From a virus, in the IMG/VR virus record IMGVR_UViG_3300017987_000006, positions 1 through 64,000 of that record: DNA of 64,000 nucleotides; one strand, given 5' to 3'. Shown here one piece after another: positions 42,400 through 51,411 of this stretch. The notes beneath the pieces are model-generated. The model was not told where the DNA came from and did no database searches. It saw nothing but the letters and a program-made list of their open reading frames with translations. The stretch's first letter is position 1. Every line of letters starts with the position of its first letter. The position numbers were made by a program, and so were the translations under genes.

Positions 42400-42949
42400 C
42401 TTTTGCGATCTCCATCTCAACACCAAGCGCCTTACACGCTTCGGCGTAAGCGTCTGCTAGGCCGACCCAAGACTCATCATCTGCGGGCACCAACGATCTT
42501 CTGCCACCACGATCACGAACCCCGCCGATGGCGCTGACGAAGGATTCGAGCGCCGCGTCTTTGGCTACGATCTGTTCTGTCTGCTCCGCTATGATCTTCT
42601 GCAACTCCTCGACATTATCCTTGGCGTAAACCCGCTTCATCGTTCCCTCGAACTCCTCTTGTGTGGGGGGAGCGGGGAGCACCATCTTCGGGGCCACGCC
42701 AAGACTGTTGCAGGCCATCATGTAGGCGTCTCCTAAACCGGTCCATGGCTTACCGTTGGTTCTCATACGGACGCCGCCCTTCAAGTTCACGTAGTCCACG
42801 AGCGTCTTTAGGGCTACCCGTTCAAGCTCGTTGGGTCCTTCGCCATCAAGCGCTTGCGCAATGCGCTTGATGGCCTTGATCAAATCGGGGACATCGACCT
42901 CGAAGAATCGCACCCACATCCGTGTTTGAAAGAACTCCAGTCCACTCAT
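42392..42949 (-). CDS. Hypothetical protein with internal repeat
   Basis: GGAGGGG SD; WTGLGDAYMMACNSLGV and WVGLADAYAEACKALGV. Confidence 0.65.
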   Translation of the reverse strand: MSGLEFFQTRMWVRFFEVDVPDLIKAIKRIAQALDGEGPNELERVALKTLVDYVNLKGGVRMRTNGKPWTGLGDAYMMACNSLGVAPKMVLPAPPTQEEFEGTMKRVYAKDNVEELQKIIAEQTEQIVAKDAALESFVSAIGGVRDRGGRRSLVPADDESWVGLADAYAEACKALGVEMEIAKDG

Positions 42950-43299
42950 TGTTTCCCCTCCGTGTAGCGTACCGCCTCTGCGATGCGTTGTCTTAAGATC
43001 TTGTGATAGAACGCTGCATCCTTGTTCCCCTCTTTCTCCATCTTCGCCGCTTGTCGCTCGCATACACCTTGGAGGGCGCGGAGACGACCTTCTATGTTCA
43101 CGTCTTCGTCCTTCACGTCAAACAGGTACATCCTTCCTGCGAAGTCGCAAGCGTTACACACCGTCTCCGTCACTTGTTCTATGTTCTCTGTTGGATCTCG
43201 CGCCTCGTCCACAATCACCCACCGCTTACCATCCACGAGCTGGTAAACCGTGTGGATGGCCGCGCGTAGATCGGTAGAACCGCACTCTGGGCACTTCAC
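42946..43299 (-). CDS. Zinc-ribbon protein
   Basis: AAGGAGG SD; CPEC...CNAC. Confidence 0.7.
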   Translation of the reverse strand: MKCPECGSTDLRAAIHTVYQLVDGKRWVIVDEARDPTENIEQVTETVCNACDFAGRMYLFDVKDEDVNIEGRLRALQGVCERQAAKMEKEGNKDAAFYHKILRQRIAEAVRYTEGKQ

Positions 43300-43368
43300 G
43301 AATTGTCCTCCTTTTTGTTGAATGCTTCCGGGCATTCTTATCTGCAACGCTGCGCACTTGTTTATTGG

Positions 43369-43611
43369 CTAGTACTGCCCTTCTTTGTCGTACCAGGCAG
43401 CGTTTCTTGGCTTATCGAGGTCCACAACCAGCAGGTCGTAACCATACTGGTTATGCCTCAGACAGTAGGAAGTTGACTCTATCCGCTCGATCTCCTTCCG
43501 GGCTTCAGAATGCGTCCCAAATAGTAGTGGCTCATTGTTTTCATCTCGCACGATCTCGCTTTTGTTCGAAGACGGCGCGTGGAACTTCATGATGTGTTTG
43601 ATCACGTACAT
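43369..43611 (-). CDS. Hypothetical protein
   Basis: GAGG SD before ATG 43611. Confidence 0.55.
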   Translation of the reverse strand: MYVIKHIMKFHAPSSNKSEIVRDENNEPLLFGTHSEARKEIERIESTSYCLRHNQYGYDLLVVDLDKPRNAAWYDKEGQY

Positions 43612-43613
43612 TT

Positions 43614-43928
43614 TTATTTGGTTGCCTCGCGGCCCATGAACGCGTGGAGCTGTTCCTCGAACAGATACGCCGCTTGCCTCCAGAAGTCTCGATCCCACCG
43701 CATCATTTCCTCTTTGCTGCGCAGCTCCTTGCAGCTCTCGGCCAGTTCGTTGACCCGGGCCTCGTTCGCCTCTTGGATCTCGATGATGGTCCTGTCTCGC
43801 TCTCCGATAATCCTGTGCGCATCGTCTAATGCCTCGTCCATGTTCTTGATCACTTTGATCAGTCGCGCCTTGTTGCATTTCTCCAGAGGACGGACCTCTG
43901 GATCATTGTCGACGAGTAGCTTGCCCAT
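43614..43928 (-). CDS. Coiled-coil hypothetical protein, possible family A paralog
   Basis: NKARLIKVI...DFWRQAAYLFEEQL. Confidence 0.6.
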   Translation of the reverse strand: MGKLLVDNDPEVRPLEKCNKARLIKVIKNMDEALDDAHRIIGERDRTIIEIQEANEARVNELAESCKELRSKEEMMRWDRDFWRQAAYLFEEQLHAFMGREATK

Positions 43929-44197
43929 CAGTTCAGCGGCCTTTTGCTGATCTTGCCCGCCTTCTCCAGTCCCTCCACCAGCTTCTTGTTCTCCTCCGCT
44001 CCCCGATCTCTCCATCCCGCTTTCAGTTCCCGCTCCGCGTCCTCGCGCTTCTTGTAGTAACCGCTGAGTCTGCTGTAGGGAACGCCGCACGGTTCGAGTT
44101 GACCGATGTAGTAGCCGGCCGCGCTGGAGCACACCTGGATGGGCAGCTCGGCGGGGTCGTACTCCTCATCGGTTAGAGTGTCTTTCAATTTTTCCAC
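43928..44197 (-). CDS. Conserved mobile-element hypothetical protein
   Basis: AAGGAGG SD; LPIQVCSSAAGYYIG...PYSRLSGYY resembles a phage/ICE family from memory. Confidence 0.65.
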   Translation of the reverse strand: MEKLKDTLTDEEYDPAELPIQVCSSAAGYYIGQLEPCGVPYSRLSGYYKKREDAERELKAGWRDRGAEENKKLVEGLEKAGKISKRPLN

Positions 44198-44345
44198 GGA
44201 GCCTCCTTTCTAGTTCCGCTTCGGCTAGGGCGACGTACTCCTCTCCCCCAGCCTTCTTTTCTTTCGCCAGAACCCCGTGCACCTGGGACTCGGTGCAGTT
44301 CTGGAGGTATCCATTGAAGTCCCAAATATCATCCGCGCTGATCAT
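44166..44345 (-). CDS. Small hypothetical protein (59 aa, absent from ORF track)
   Basis: Manual translation MISADDIWDFNGYLQNCTESQVHGVLAKEKKAGGEEYVALAEAELERRLRGKIERHSNR. Confidence 0.5.
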   Translation of the reverse strand: MISADDIWDFNGYLQNCTESQVHGVLAKEKKAGGEEYVALAEAELERRLRGKIERHSNR

Positions 44346-44364
44346 TTCTCATCTCCGGCCAGTT

Positions 44365-44580
44365 TCAGATTGTGCTCTGAGTCTTCGCGCTGCGTTTCAG
44401 AAGCGAGCACATGTACCTGCTCGCCGTGTCTGCATCATCGAATGATTTTCGATCAATCTCGATTTCCACTCCTGTTTCACCCACCTCGATAGCCACTAGA
44501 TCTGCCGGCCCTTCCCAGTAATCAACGTCCGGGGCTTCCAGCTTTCCCGGGCGCACGACGCGCAAGATCATTTGGGGCAT
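44365..44580 (-). CDS. Hypothetical protein
   Basis: AAGGAGG SD. Confidence 0.55.
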   Translation of the reverse strand: MPQMILRVVRPGKLEAPDVDYWEGPADLVAIEVGETGVEIEIDRKSFDDADTASRYMCSLLKRSAKTQSTI

Positions 44581-44864
44581 GCTTCGTCCTCCTTGATCTC
44601 TCCGGTCTCCAGATCTACCCACCCGACGAAGAGATACCTCCATCCCATCCCCGAGCTGGTGTCGGCGGGATATTTCTCTGGAGCCTCCTTGCAGGTGTTG
44701 TCTGGGCCGACGGCGAGGAATTGAAGGTGGCCGCAGTTTGCGCTGTCGAGGGCGTGGTTCTGGTATGCGGCCCACTCCGTGTTCTCGTGGTTGTATGGCG
44801 ACGAGCGCATTGCCTCCAGCGCTTCCGGGTGCGGTTTCTCATTGCCGATAAGCCTTTTGCTCAT
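44568..44864 (-). CDS. Hypothetical protein
   Basis: GAGGT SD. Confidence 0.65.
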   Translation of the reverse strand: MSKRLIGNEKPHPEALEAMRSSPYNHENTEWAAYQNHALDSANCGHLQFLAVGPDNTCKEAPEKYPADTSSGMGWRYLFVGWVDLETGEIKEDEACPK

Positions 44865-44867
44865 TGA

Positions 44868-45212
44868 TTACCTCTTTTCATGTTCGTTCGATTTCAGATC
44901 CCACCGGTCGATCAATTTGGCGGCAGTTAGCTCCGCAGCGCTCGCCAGGTTGTGGGCGACGAGACTGAGACTCTCCCCGCTTAGTAGGTGAAGGTCGCCC
45001 GATTCCAGTTCCCGTGCGTTGCAAATCCGCACCGCGAGATTGACTACGTAGTGCGGACCCAGCAGTTGATCCCCTCCGTTGGGCTTCCTCTGAAATATAC
45101 TTGTCCAGGGCCTCAGCTTCTCTGCCGCATGAAGCAGGCTCTGTACTTGATCAGCCGCCTGAGCCTTCATGCTGTAATGATCGGCGAGCTTCTTCGCTTC
45201 ACTCGGATTCAT
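44868..45212 (-). CDS. Hypothetical protein
   Basis: AAGGAGG SD. Confidence 0.6.
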   Translation of the reverse strand: MNPSEAKKLADHYSMKAQAADQVQSLLHAAEKLRPWTSIFQRKPNGGDQLLGPHYVVNLAVRICNARELESGDLHLLSGESLSLVAHNLASAAELTAAKLIDRWDLKSNEHEKR

Positions 45213-45435
45213 AGCCTCTCCTCCTTACCCACTCGATGTGGGCCTTCTTGGCGGCCTCGAAGTCTCCAAGCTCTTTGACCAGCTCGGAGAACCTCGAGGC
45301 CGATTTCTCGGTTGCGAACATCTCTCCCGGGGGTGGGTCTGGAAGCACTTCCCCCGTGGCCAGCTTGATCTCGTTCGGCCCATGCACGCGGCCAAGCCGA
45401 ATCGTGCCTTCTCGGCTGACGTAGTAGAAGGCCAT
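45199..45435 (-). CDS. Hypothetical protein
   Basis: GGAGGAG SD. Confidence 0.6.
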   Translation of the reverse strand: MAFYYVSREGTIRLGRVHGPNEIKLATGEVLPDPPPGEMFATEKSASRFSELVKELGDFEAAKKAHIEWVRRRGYESE

Positions 45436-45863
45436 CAGTCTGTCTCCTCCGGCTCAGGGCCGCACTTCTCCTTCGGGCCGTCGAAGTGACCTGGAGGGGA
45501 GTCACTCTCGTCCTCGTCGCCTTGCAGCGCATCGATGATGTCGTGCCCGAGCCTCCATGCCGCCTCGTTGTCCGACTCGAACAGGCGACGCAACAGAACC
45601 GGAAGCGACTCTTTGCTGATGTGGCAGTCCAGCTTCACCGCCAGCACCATGCCCTTCACCATGGTCGTCTTGATCTCGTAGTGGTCTCCGAACTCGGGGA
45701 TGTAGCAGGCCTCCAGGTGTGCGTCGATGCCGATGTTGACCACCTTCTTCACGATCTCCAGCTCCTCACCCACCACCTGCATCACGAATGGCTCCTTCAT
45801 TTTCTTTCGTACGTCGTCGTAGGGGATGGAGCGGCCGAGATCGTCCTCGATGATGTTTGGCAT
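45435..45863 (-). CDS. Hypothetical protein
   Basis: Coupled stop/start; GGAG SD. Confidence 0.65.
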   Translation of the reverse strand: MPNIIEDDLGRSIPYDDVRKKMKEPFVMQVVGEELEIVKKVVNIGIDAHLEACYIPEFGDHYEIKTTMVKGMVLAVKLDCHISKESLPVLLRRLFESDNEAAWRLGHDIIDALQGDEDESDSPPGHFDGPKEKCGPEPEETD

Positions 45864-46393
45864 TAGATGTCTGCTCCATAGTCTCTCAGGAGGCGAACCA
45901 TCCTGAGTCGGTGTTTGGCCACCAACTTGTCGATATCTTTCTGCAGGTCGTTCATGGCCTGCGAGAAGAATCTGGAGAAGGCGTCATCGTCGCTCTGTAA
46001 CTCCTGCTGTTGTTTCGTGGGCGCTTGTTTGGGCCTCGTGGGTGCTTGTTTGGGCAGCTCGAGCTGCTTGTTCCTCCCGTTCTTGAACTCCGGTGCCGCA
46101 GCAGCAGTCTCTCTGGCTGCCTCCTTGCCCTTCTTCTTGAAGACGGCGAGGATCTTACTGGCCTGGGTCTTGGAGACCCGCTTCATGCGCCTGGCAAAGA
46201 TCTTCACGTTCTTCGTGGACGGTTTCTCTGTGATCAGATTGGTCGAGACGATGTACGCCTCATCCCCGGTCTTCCTGGCGGTTCTCACGCTTTGGATGCG
46301 GCAGACGATCACATCTCCGCTGTTCTTGCTGCGGTACTTCGCGGCGTAGTAGTGCCCCTTGATGAAAGGGCTCTGTTTTCGCTTCTTGGTCAT
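45863..46393 (-). CDS. Basic hypothetical protein
   Basis: ATGA overlap; K/R-rich. Confidence 0.65.
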   Translation of the reverse strand: MTKKRKQSPFIKGHYYAAKYRSKNSGDVIVCRIQSVRTARKTGDEAYIVSTNLITEKPSTKNVKIFARRMKRVSKTQASKILAVFKKKGKEAARETAAAAPEFKNGRNKQLELPKQAPTRPKQAPTKQQQELQSDDDAFSRFFSQAMNDLQKDIDKLVAKHRLRMVRLLRDYGADI

Positions 46394-46629
46394 AGTTTCA
46401 ACACCTTCTTGTTTTTATCGAGCAAATCGTCGATGAGGTTGAGCGCGCCCAGGAGGACGCCCGTGTCCAAATCGCTGAGGTCGTCGCTTTTACATGCCGC
46501 TTCGTGCTCCGCCGCGATCAGTTCCCGCACCTTCTTGATCTGCTTGATCTGAACGGGTGCGGGGGACCAGATGCTCCATAGCCTTACGCCTGTTCGGCAG
46601 GTGAGATGCTCGTGCATCTTGTAGTCCAT
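46390..46629 (-). CDS. Hypothetical protein
   Basis: AAGGAGG SD. Confidence 0.6.
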   Translation of the reverse strand: MDYKMHEHLTCRTGVRLWSIWSPAPVQIKQIKKVRELIAAEHEAACKSDDLSDLDTGVLLGALNLIDDLLDKNKKVLKL

Positions 46630-46824
46630 TCACAGCCTCCTTTCTGGATCTGATATGGTCTTTCGGGCTTTCATTAACAGTTCCCTGACCTCTCCCGGGA
46701 ACGCTTCCTTCTTGGGGTGATCGCGCATCTCGTTGATGTCTTCGCCACGGGCTGCGACGCAGCAGGTCTCGTAGGTGTACGGTTTGCTCACCTGGTCCCC
46801 GTGTGCATTGGGATCGACGCCCAC
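46630..46824 (-). CDS. Hypothetical protein (start uncertain)
   Basis: Fills gap; likely GTG start near 46791. Confidence 0.45.
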   Translation of the reverse strand: MGVDPNAHGDQVSKPYTYETCCVAARGEDINEMRDHPKKEAFPGEVRELLMKARKTISDPERRL

Positions 46825-47081
46825 ACCTCAGCCCTGGGGCAGTAGCCGCCTGTGGATAGCGGCTCACCCAGTGTCAGCTGATAGTGCTGCGCGGCAGGGT
46901 TGCTCGGCGTCGCTTGCGCCACGCCGTCGTCGCGTGGACCCCCGCAGCATCGTAGCCCAGTGGTCCGCTCCAGCGACCGGACTACAGCATCGATTGACGA
47001 CTCATAGTCGTGGCGTACAGCGTATGCAGCCACGCTCAGACCGTCTATGCCGCGGCCCCAAATGTTGAAATGAACTCTCAT
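46788..47081 (-). CDS. Hypothetical protein
   Basis: GGAGG upstream of ATG 47081. Confidence 0.55.
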   Translation of the reverse strand: MRVHFNIWGRGIDGLSVAAYAVRHDYESSIDAVVRSLERTTGLRCCGGPRDDGVAQATPSNPAAQHYQLTLGEPLSTGGYCPRAEVWASIPMHTGTR

Positions 47082-47107
47082 TCTTCCGCCTCCCATTCTT
47101 TGCTGTG

Positions 47108-47404
47108 TCATACGCTCTTGGGTAAGTATCCAAGCTGTGCCTTGGCCTCATCCCGTGCGGCCTTGGCCAGCTCCTTCAGATGTCTGAGCGCCATGGCTGG
47201 TGCGATGGTCACATGGATGCCATCGGAATAGCTGCCAGATCGATTGCGGCTTTTTGGATACACGGATATCCGGTAGCCGGTGAGACCGCTGTCCTTGCTC
47301 GTTCTGGCCAGATAGCGCAGCAGCGTGGTATTGTTGATTGTGTCTACCAGCGCAGTGGCCCGCTTCGCCAACTTGTGTAACTTCTCGGCGTCTGTCTTCT
47401 TCAC
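47108..47404 (-). CDS. Hypothetical protein
   Basis: GAGGAGGAG SD before GTG 47404. Confidence 0.55.
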   Translation of the reverse strand: MKKTDAEKLHKLAKRATALVDTINNTTLLRYLARTSKDSGLTGYRISVYPKSRNRSGSYSDGIHVTIAPAMALRHLKELAKAARDEAKAQLGYLPKSV

Positions 47405-47466
47405 TTCAGCTCCTCCTCTTGGCGTTCGGCTGCCTCCAAATTCAGTTTGTTGATAATAGCCTGCAT

Positions 47467-48953
47467 TTACAACTCCTCGTTGATGCACTCGTTGAGATCT
47501 TTGTTCCTCCTGAAGCTGAGAACCTTGGGGAAGGTGAGTGCGTTGCTATCCTGCCCCTTGGATATGTAGCTTCGGTCCTGGTATCCCACTTGCAGGACAC
47601 CGATCCACATCCCTTCATCAGCGATGCGCTTGCGTTGGGCGTCCGTCAGGCCGCCGCTCACCTCGCCGATGTAATGCTTCACCCCATCCTTGTCGTACTG
47701 GTACAAACTGATCGATCCGACCCGCTTCATGTTCTTGCCGGTGCCGTAGGCTCCGTTCGTCTTCAACCGCTTGCCGCATACGGCACACTTACCGCTGCTC
47801 GTCTGCTTCTGCAGCGCGCCATGGTCAGGGACATGACATTTCGTGGTGCAGTGCTCGCGCATGCCGTCAGGTTCCCAGATCCCGATGAAGTCGTCCTCCA
47901 GGGCGTTCTTGACCTTCCAGCAGACGTTCGGCCGATCTGGCTGACCAAGGAAGCTGAGATGCTTCTCGCCCAGCGATCCCCAACAGTCGTACACCACCCA
48001 TCCCTCGTACCCGTACTTCCTCATCTCTGAGATCATGTCGTCGTAAGGCTCGGCAGCAATGTCTGGGCCGTGTACGAACTTGCAGAGATGGAGTCCGGTG
48101 TGACCTCCCCACCCATCGACGAGCTCCATCAACCAGTCGAGCCAGAAGCTACAGCTGTGGTCCTTCTCGAGGTTGTCCCCTTCCCAGAAGGGCATACGGA
48201 ACACGTAGGCGTGGACCAGGCCGAGCTTGCGCTGCATCTCAATCGCCCGCTCCGGCAGAGAGTTGGCGATTTGCTGCATCGCCTTGAATTCTTCTTTCGT
48301 CTTTCCTTCGCCGATGTAGAACTCACAGAGCAAGATCGTCTCGGCGGGGAGCAGGGCCTCGAACTCCTCGACCAGGTGCGGGAACTTGTCGTTCTCGACC
48401 TTCATCTTCCCGCGGGATTGGATCCACACAGATCCGTCTCGGTCTTTGGAGACCACGAAGCACATCCCGTTCTTCTTCACGGTCCAGGCCAGCGGGGGAC
48501 CTCCTACACTCCTCCCAGACTTCCGTGATTCGAGCTTCCGCAGCTTCTCCTCCTTGATCGAGTTGACGGGCTTCGAGAAGGCCACGTTGTTGGGCAGCGG
48601 GCCATCGAAAGAGATCTGCTGGGAGCGGGTAACGCCGCCGAGCTCCTCTTCCAACATCGTCGCGAACTTGCCCTTGCTCGGCTTCACAATGATCTCGTAC
48701 CCCGCCTGCGCTTTCTTCTTGACGTCGCGGACAAGCTGCTCAAGCGCGGAACGTTCTGGAGAGATCCAGGCTTTCGTGCCCTTCTTTCCCTTCTCACCAG
48801 GAATGTCCACCGTCTCCTGGATCTTCCCGTCCAACACGCCCCACTGGGTGATGACCTCGTCCCCGTCTACCCATCCAGCCCAGACCTGCGTGTTCTTCTT
48901 GGCCTCCCGCTGCATGCTGCAGTAGGTCTTCTTACTCCTGGGTGTCTTTCTCA
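47467..48953 (-). CDS. ATP-dependent DNA ligase with N-terminal WGR-like domain
   Basis: Motif I VKKNG, III LLCEFY, IV YEGWVV, V WKVK, OB-fold GEVSGGLTD; N-terminal VITQWGVLDGKIQ; AAGGAGG SD before ATG 48953. Confidence 0.85.
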
Positions 48954-49510
48954 TCGTCCTCTTCCTTTTCCATCGGGAGGTACACGTTGCGTCGCTTATC
49001 GCTGTTGTCCTTCTCGGATCGTATGAGCCCGAGCTTTCGTAGTACCCCAATATGTCTGGAGACTGTCTGTGCTGTGGTGAAAACTCCGACCTCGTCCAGC
49101 CCTCGATGAATATCGCGCAACGCTTTTCTACCCTCGCGAATCAGCTCTAGCACCAACAAGACATCTTCTTTTATACGATGGCCGGCCACAACGAACGGCT
49201 GTCTTTGAGCTGTGAATGGGGCGGACTCCATGATGGCATCGGTTAGAACCAAGAACTGTTCTATGTCGTGTAGGCTTTTCGTCTTGATCCAGACGTGGGC
49301 CTGGTCTGTCTTGCCTGGGGTCACGCACAGGTTGAAGCTCTCAGATTGCCGTTTCATAAACTCCTTCACCTGGGCGAATTTGGAGAACCATTCGAACGAA
49401 ACTCCCTTCGGCGCGTTTTCCTTATCCCTCCTCCAAAGCGCGTTGATGTGGTTCCAGTAATTCAGAACCTCGGAGTCGCTAAGGGGCTTGTCAGATCTTC
49501 GCTGAGTCAT
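48932..49510 (-). CDS. Protein with C-terminal winged-helix (MarR/ArsR-like) domain
   Basis: AQTVSRHIGVLRKLGLIRSEKDNSDKRRNVY. Confidence 0.7.
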   Translation of the reverse strand: MTQRRSDKPLSDSEVLNYWNHINALWRRDKENAPKGVSFEWFSKFAQVKEFMKRQSESFNLCVTPGKTDQAHVWIKTKSLHDIEQFLVLTDAIMESAPFTAQRQPFVVAGHRIKEDVLLVLELIREGRKALRDIHRGLDEVGVFTTAQTVSRHIGVLRKLGLIRSEKDNSDKRRNVYLPMEKEEDDEKDTQE

Positions 49511-50130
49511 AAGACTCCCCTCAGTTCTTGCCAGAACGGCGACTCCTCTACGAGCTGTTGGTACTCAGGCGCTCTGTCCACCGGCTCGAACAGGTTGTCC
49601 TCGCTGATGGCATGGCACATTCCGCGAGGCTCGATGTCCTCGTCATAAAAGATCATGGGTCGATAGTTGGGGAGGCCGGTGGAATTGATCGGCCTGAAGA
49701 TGACAGGCACAACCTTTCCAAGCACGTCCTCCGCAATGTCAAAGTACCCCTCGCGTACGAAGTAGCGCATACCTCTGATCGTCCGAAATGGCAGGACGGA
49801 CCATTCCCGTCCGCTCAATGCTCGTCGCTCTTTTGGCTTCAGCTGAGTCAGCTCGACGTCTTGTTGCAGGCCGTTGCCGGCGAACATGTCGAACCATCCG
49901 CGCTGTGTGATGTGATGAACGATCGATTCCTTGGTCTCGTCCTCGCAGATCTTGTCTGTCTGCTCGAGCAGCCGGAACAGCGCGGGGCAGTTCACGACCT
50001 CGTCAAACTGCATTCCGAAGACCCAGTTCGTGACGAAGATCGACTCTCCGTGCCTTACGGCGAAGAATGGAGCGTCCCCGTGCTGTTCCGCTGCTCTCTC
50101 AAGACGCCTTATCAGCTGAGGCGTCAGCAT
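49507..50130 (-). CDS. Hypothetical protein
   Basis: Coherent ORF; start uncertain (50130 or 50154). Confidence 0.6.
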   Translation of the reverse strand: MLTPQLIRRLERAAEQHGDAPFFAVRHGESIFVTNWVFGMQFDEVVNCPALFRLLEQTDKICEDETKESIVHHITQRGWFDMFAGNGLQQDVELTQLKPKERRALSGREWSVLPFRTIRGMRYFVREGYFDIAEDVLGKVVPVIFRPINSTGLPNYRPMIFYDEDIEPRGMCHAISEDNLFEPVDRAPEYQQLVEESPFWQELRGVL

Positions 50131-50485
50131 CGCCAACCCAGCCGTTGTAGGCATCTCGCGTGTTGATCTGCATGGCGGCCATTTCGCAGAGCTGGCGCAG
50201 GGCAGAGTCATCACAGTGTGCTTGGTACATCATCTCTTCGATCAGCGTCATCCGCTCTTCTCGGTTGAAGTGGACGATGCGCTCGAACTCCGCGGTGGGA
50301 TCGTCCATTGGTTCCCAGTCTGGGTTGGTGGCGATGACGTAGAAATCTGTGCTGTCGGCATCCCAGACGTCGTAGTAGATCGGCTGGTTGTTGGCTGCCC
50401 TCTCTCGTTCTCTGGCCTTCTTCACCGCCTCTTCTGGGGAAGCTGCGACGTGTAATCCTTTGATTCGTGGCTCCACGACAAACAT
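50099..50485 (-). CDS. Hypothetical protein, first gene of - strand block
   Basis: AAGGAGG SD; GGTATAAG motif 33 nt upstream. Confidence 0.65.
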   Translation of the reverse strand: MFVVEPRIKGLHVAASPEEAVKKARERERAANNQPIYYDVWDADSTDFYVIATNPDWEPMDDPTAEFERIVHFNREERMTLIEEMMYQAHCDDSALRQLCEMAAMQINTRDAYNGWVGDADASADKAS

Positions 50486-50589
50486 AAGTCCTCCTTCTGG
50501 TTTGTTTGCGCATAACCCTTATACCGAAGAATCGGTAGTTCTTGAAATCTAGGAAAAGATGTCGGATAACTGGAAGCAGGAGGAAGCCC

Positions 50590-50820
50590 ATGTTGATCCA
50601 GACGATCGAGATCGAGACGAAGGTAGATCGAAGGGAGTTTCTGGAGCTCGCCAAGGAAGATCCGAAGAAGGCCGCTGAGGCTATAGAGCCGGAGATCGAG
50701 AAGTTCAACAAGGAGTGGATGTCGAGTCGTGGCGGACCTTTGTCTACATTCGAACACCAGATCTTACGGGAGTATTTGGCCTGGAAGATGATCGGAAACC
50801 CATCAGGATCAAACGGGTAA
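50590..50820 (+). CDS. Hypothetical protein
   Basis: AGGAGG SD; divergent from - block. Confidence 0.65.
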   Translation: MLIQTIEIETKVDRREFLELAKEDPKKAAEAIEPEIEKFNKEWMSSRGGPLSTFEHQILREYLAWKMIGNPSGSNG

Positions 50821-50832
50821 TCGTTTTTGATC

Positions 50833-50860
50833 TTGACTTTTTGATTGTTTGGATCACTAT
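50833..50860 (+). promoter_or_regulatory. Possible sigma-70 promoter
   Basis: TTGACT-N16-CACTAT in a T-rich intergenic stretch. Confidence 0.35.
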
Positions 50861-50991
50861 GTAAGCAGAGCATCATGGCTTTTGGGAAGACACACATTCA
50901 TCGCCACAGTCCCGGATGGGATCCGGTGATGGGTGTGAACAAGAGCTAGGCCCGCCGACATTCGACGGGCCGCAACCGAAGGAGGCCCGTC

Positions 50992-51198
50992 ATGCTGCGT
51001 TGTACAAAGTGTGGAGGGCTGGCGCATCCTGGGCTGGCCCACTTTCATGGCAACCCGAACGCACCACTTTGCAAGTCCTGCACGGACGAGGTGATGAAGA
51101 GGAAGGCACGTGGCCTGGACCATCAGGTCTATCGGATTAGGCGAGCTCGTGAGTTCGCACGCCAACTCTTCAGCGGGGAGATCAAAGACGCCGCTTGA
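50992..51198 (+). CDS. Small zinc-finger protein
   Basis: AAGGAGG SD; CTKC...CKSC. Confidence 0.65.
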   Translation: MLRCTKCGGLAHPGLAHFHGNPNAPLCKSCTDEVMKRKARGLDHQVYRIRRAREFARQLFSGEIKDAA

Positions 51199-51223
51199 CG
51201 GGCGTTTTGATCGTGGGTATCTT
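51195..51223 (+). promoter_or_regulatory. Sigma-70 promoter for the RNA locus
   Basis: TTGACG-N17-TATCTT. Confidence 0.65.
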
Positions 51224-51411
51224 GTTTCCTAGTTGGGGCGCTGAACGCCCCTAGAGGGAACGTTCTCGCCGATGGGCTCTCTAAATACACCAACGTATAA
51301 GAGATCATGTTCTGGGGAGTACGGTAAAGGGACGGGGCTGGGCGAGCGGCCTGTTATCGGAACCGACCGGAAAGCTGGCCCGTCGGCCGCCCGGGTACAG
51401 GCGGTCATTAT
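51224..51411 (+). ncRNA. Candidate structured RNA / long tRNA leader
   Basis: No ORF; several complementary segments (GGGGCG/CGCCCC, CTCGCC/GGCGAG, GCGGCC/GGCCGC, CCGAC/GTCGG). Confidence 0.35.

Noticed and set aside
50875-50949. Remnant of a gp37/gp68 (DUF5131) gene, MAFGKTH...WDPVMG
   Set aside because: 24 codons with only faint similarity; the Cys motif is absent.
51340-51405. Hammerhead or HDV-like ribozyme
   Set aside because: No CUGANGA core, and the pairings cannot be ordered into the HDV P1-P2-P3 topology.
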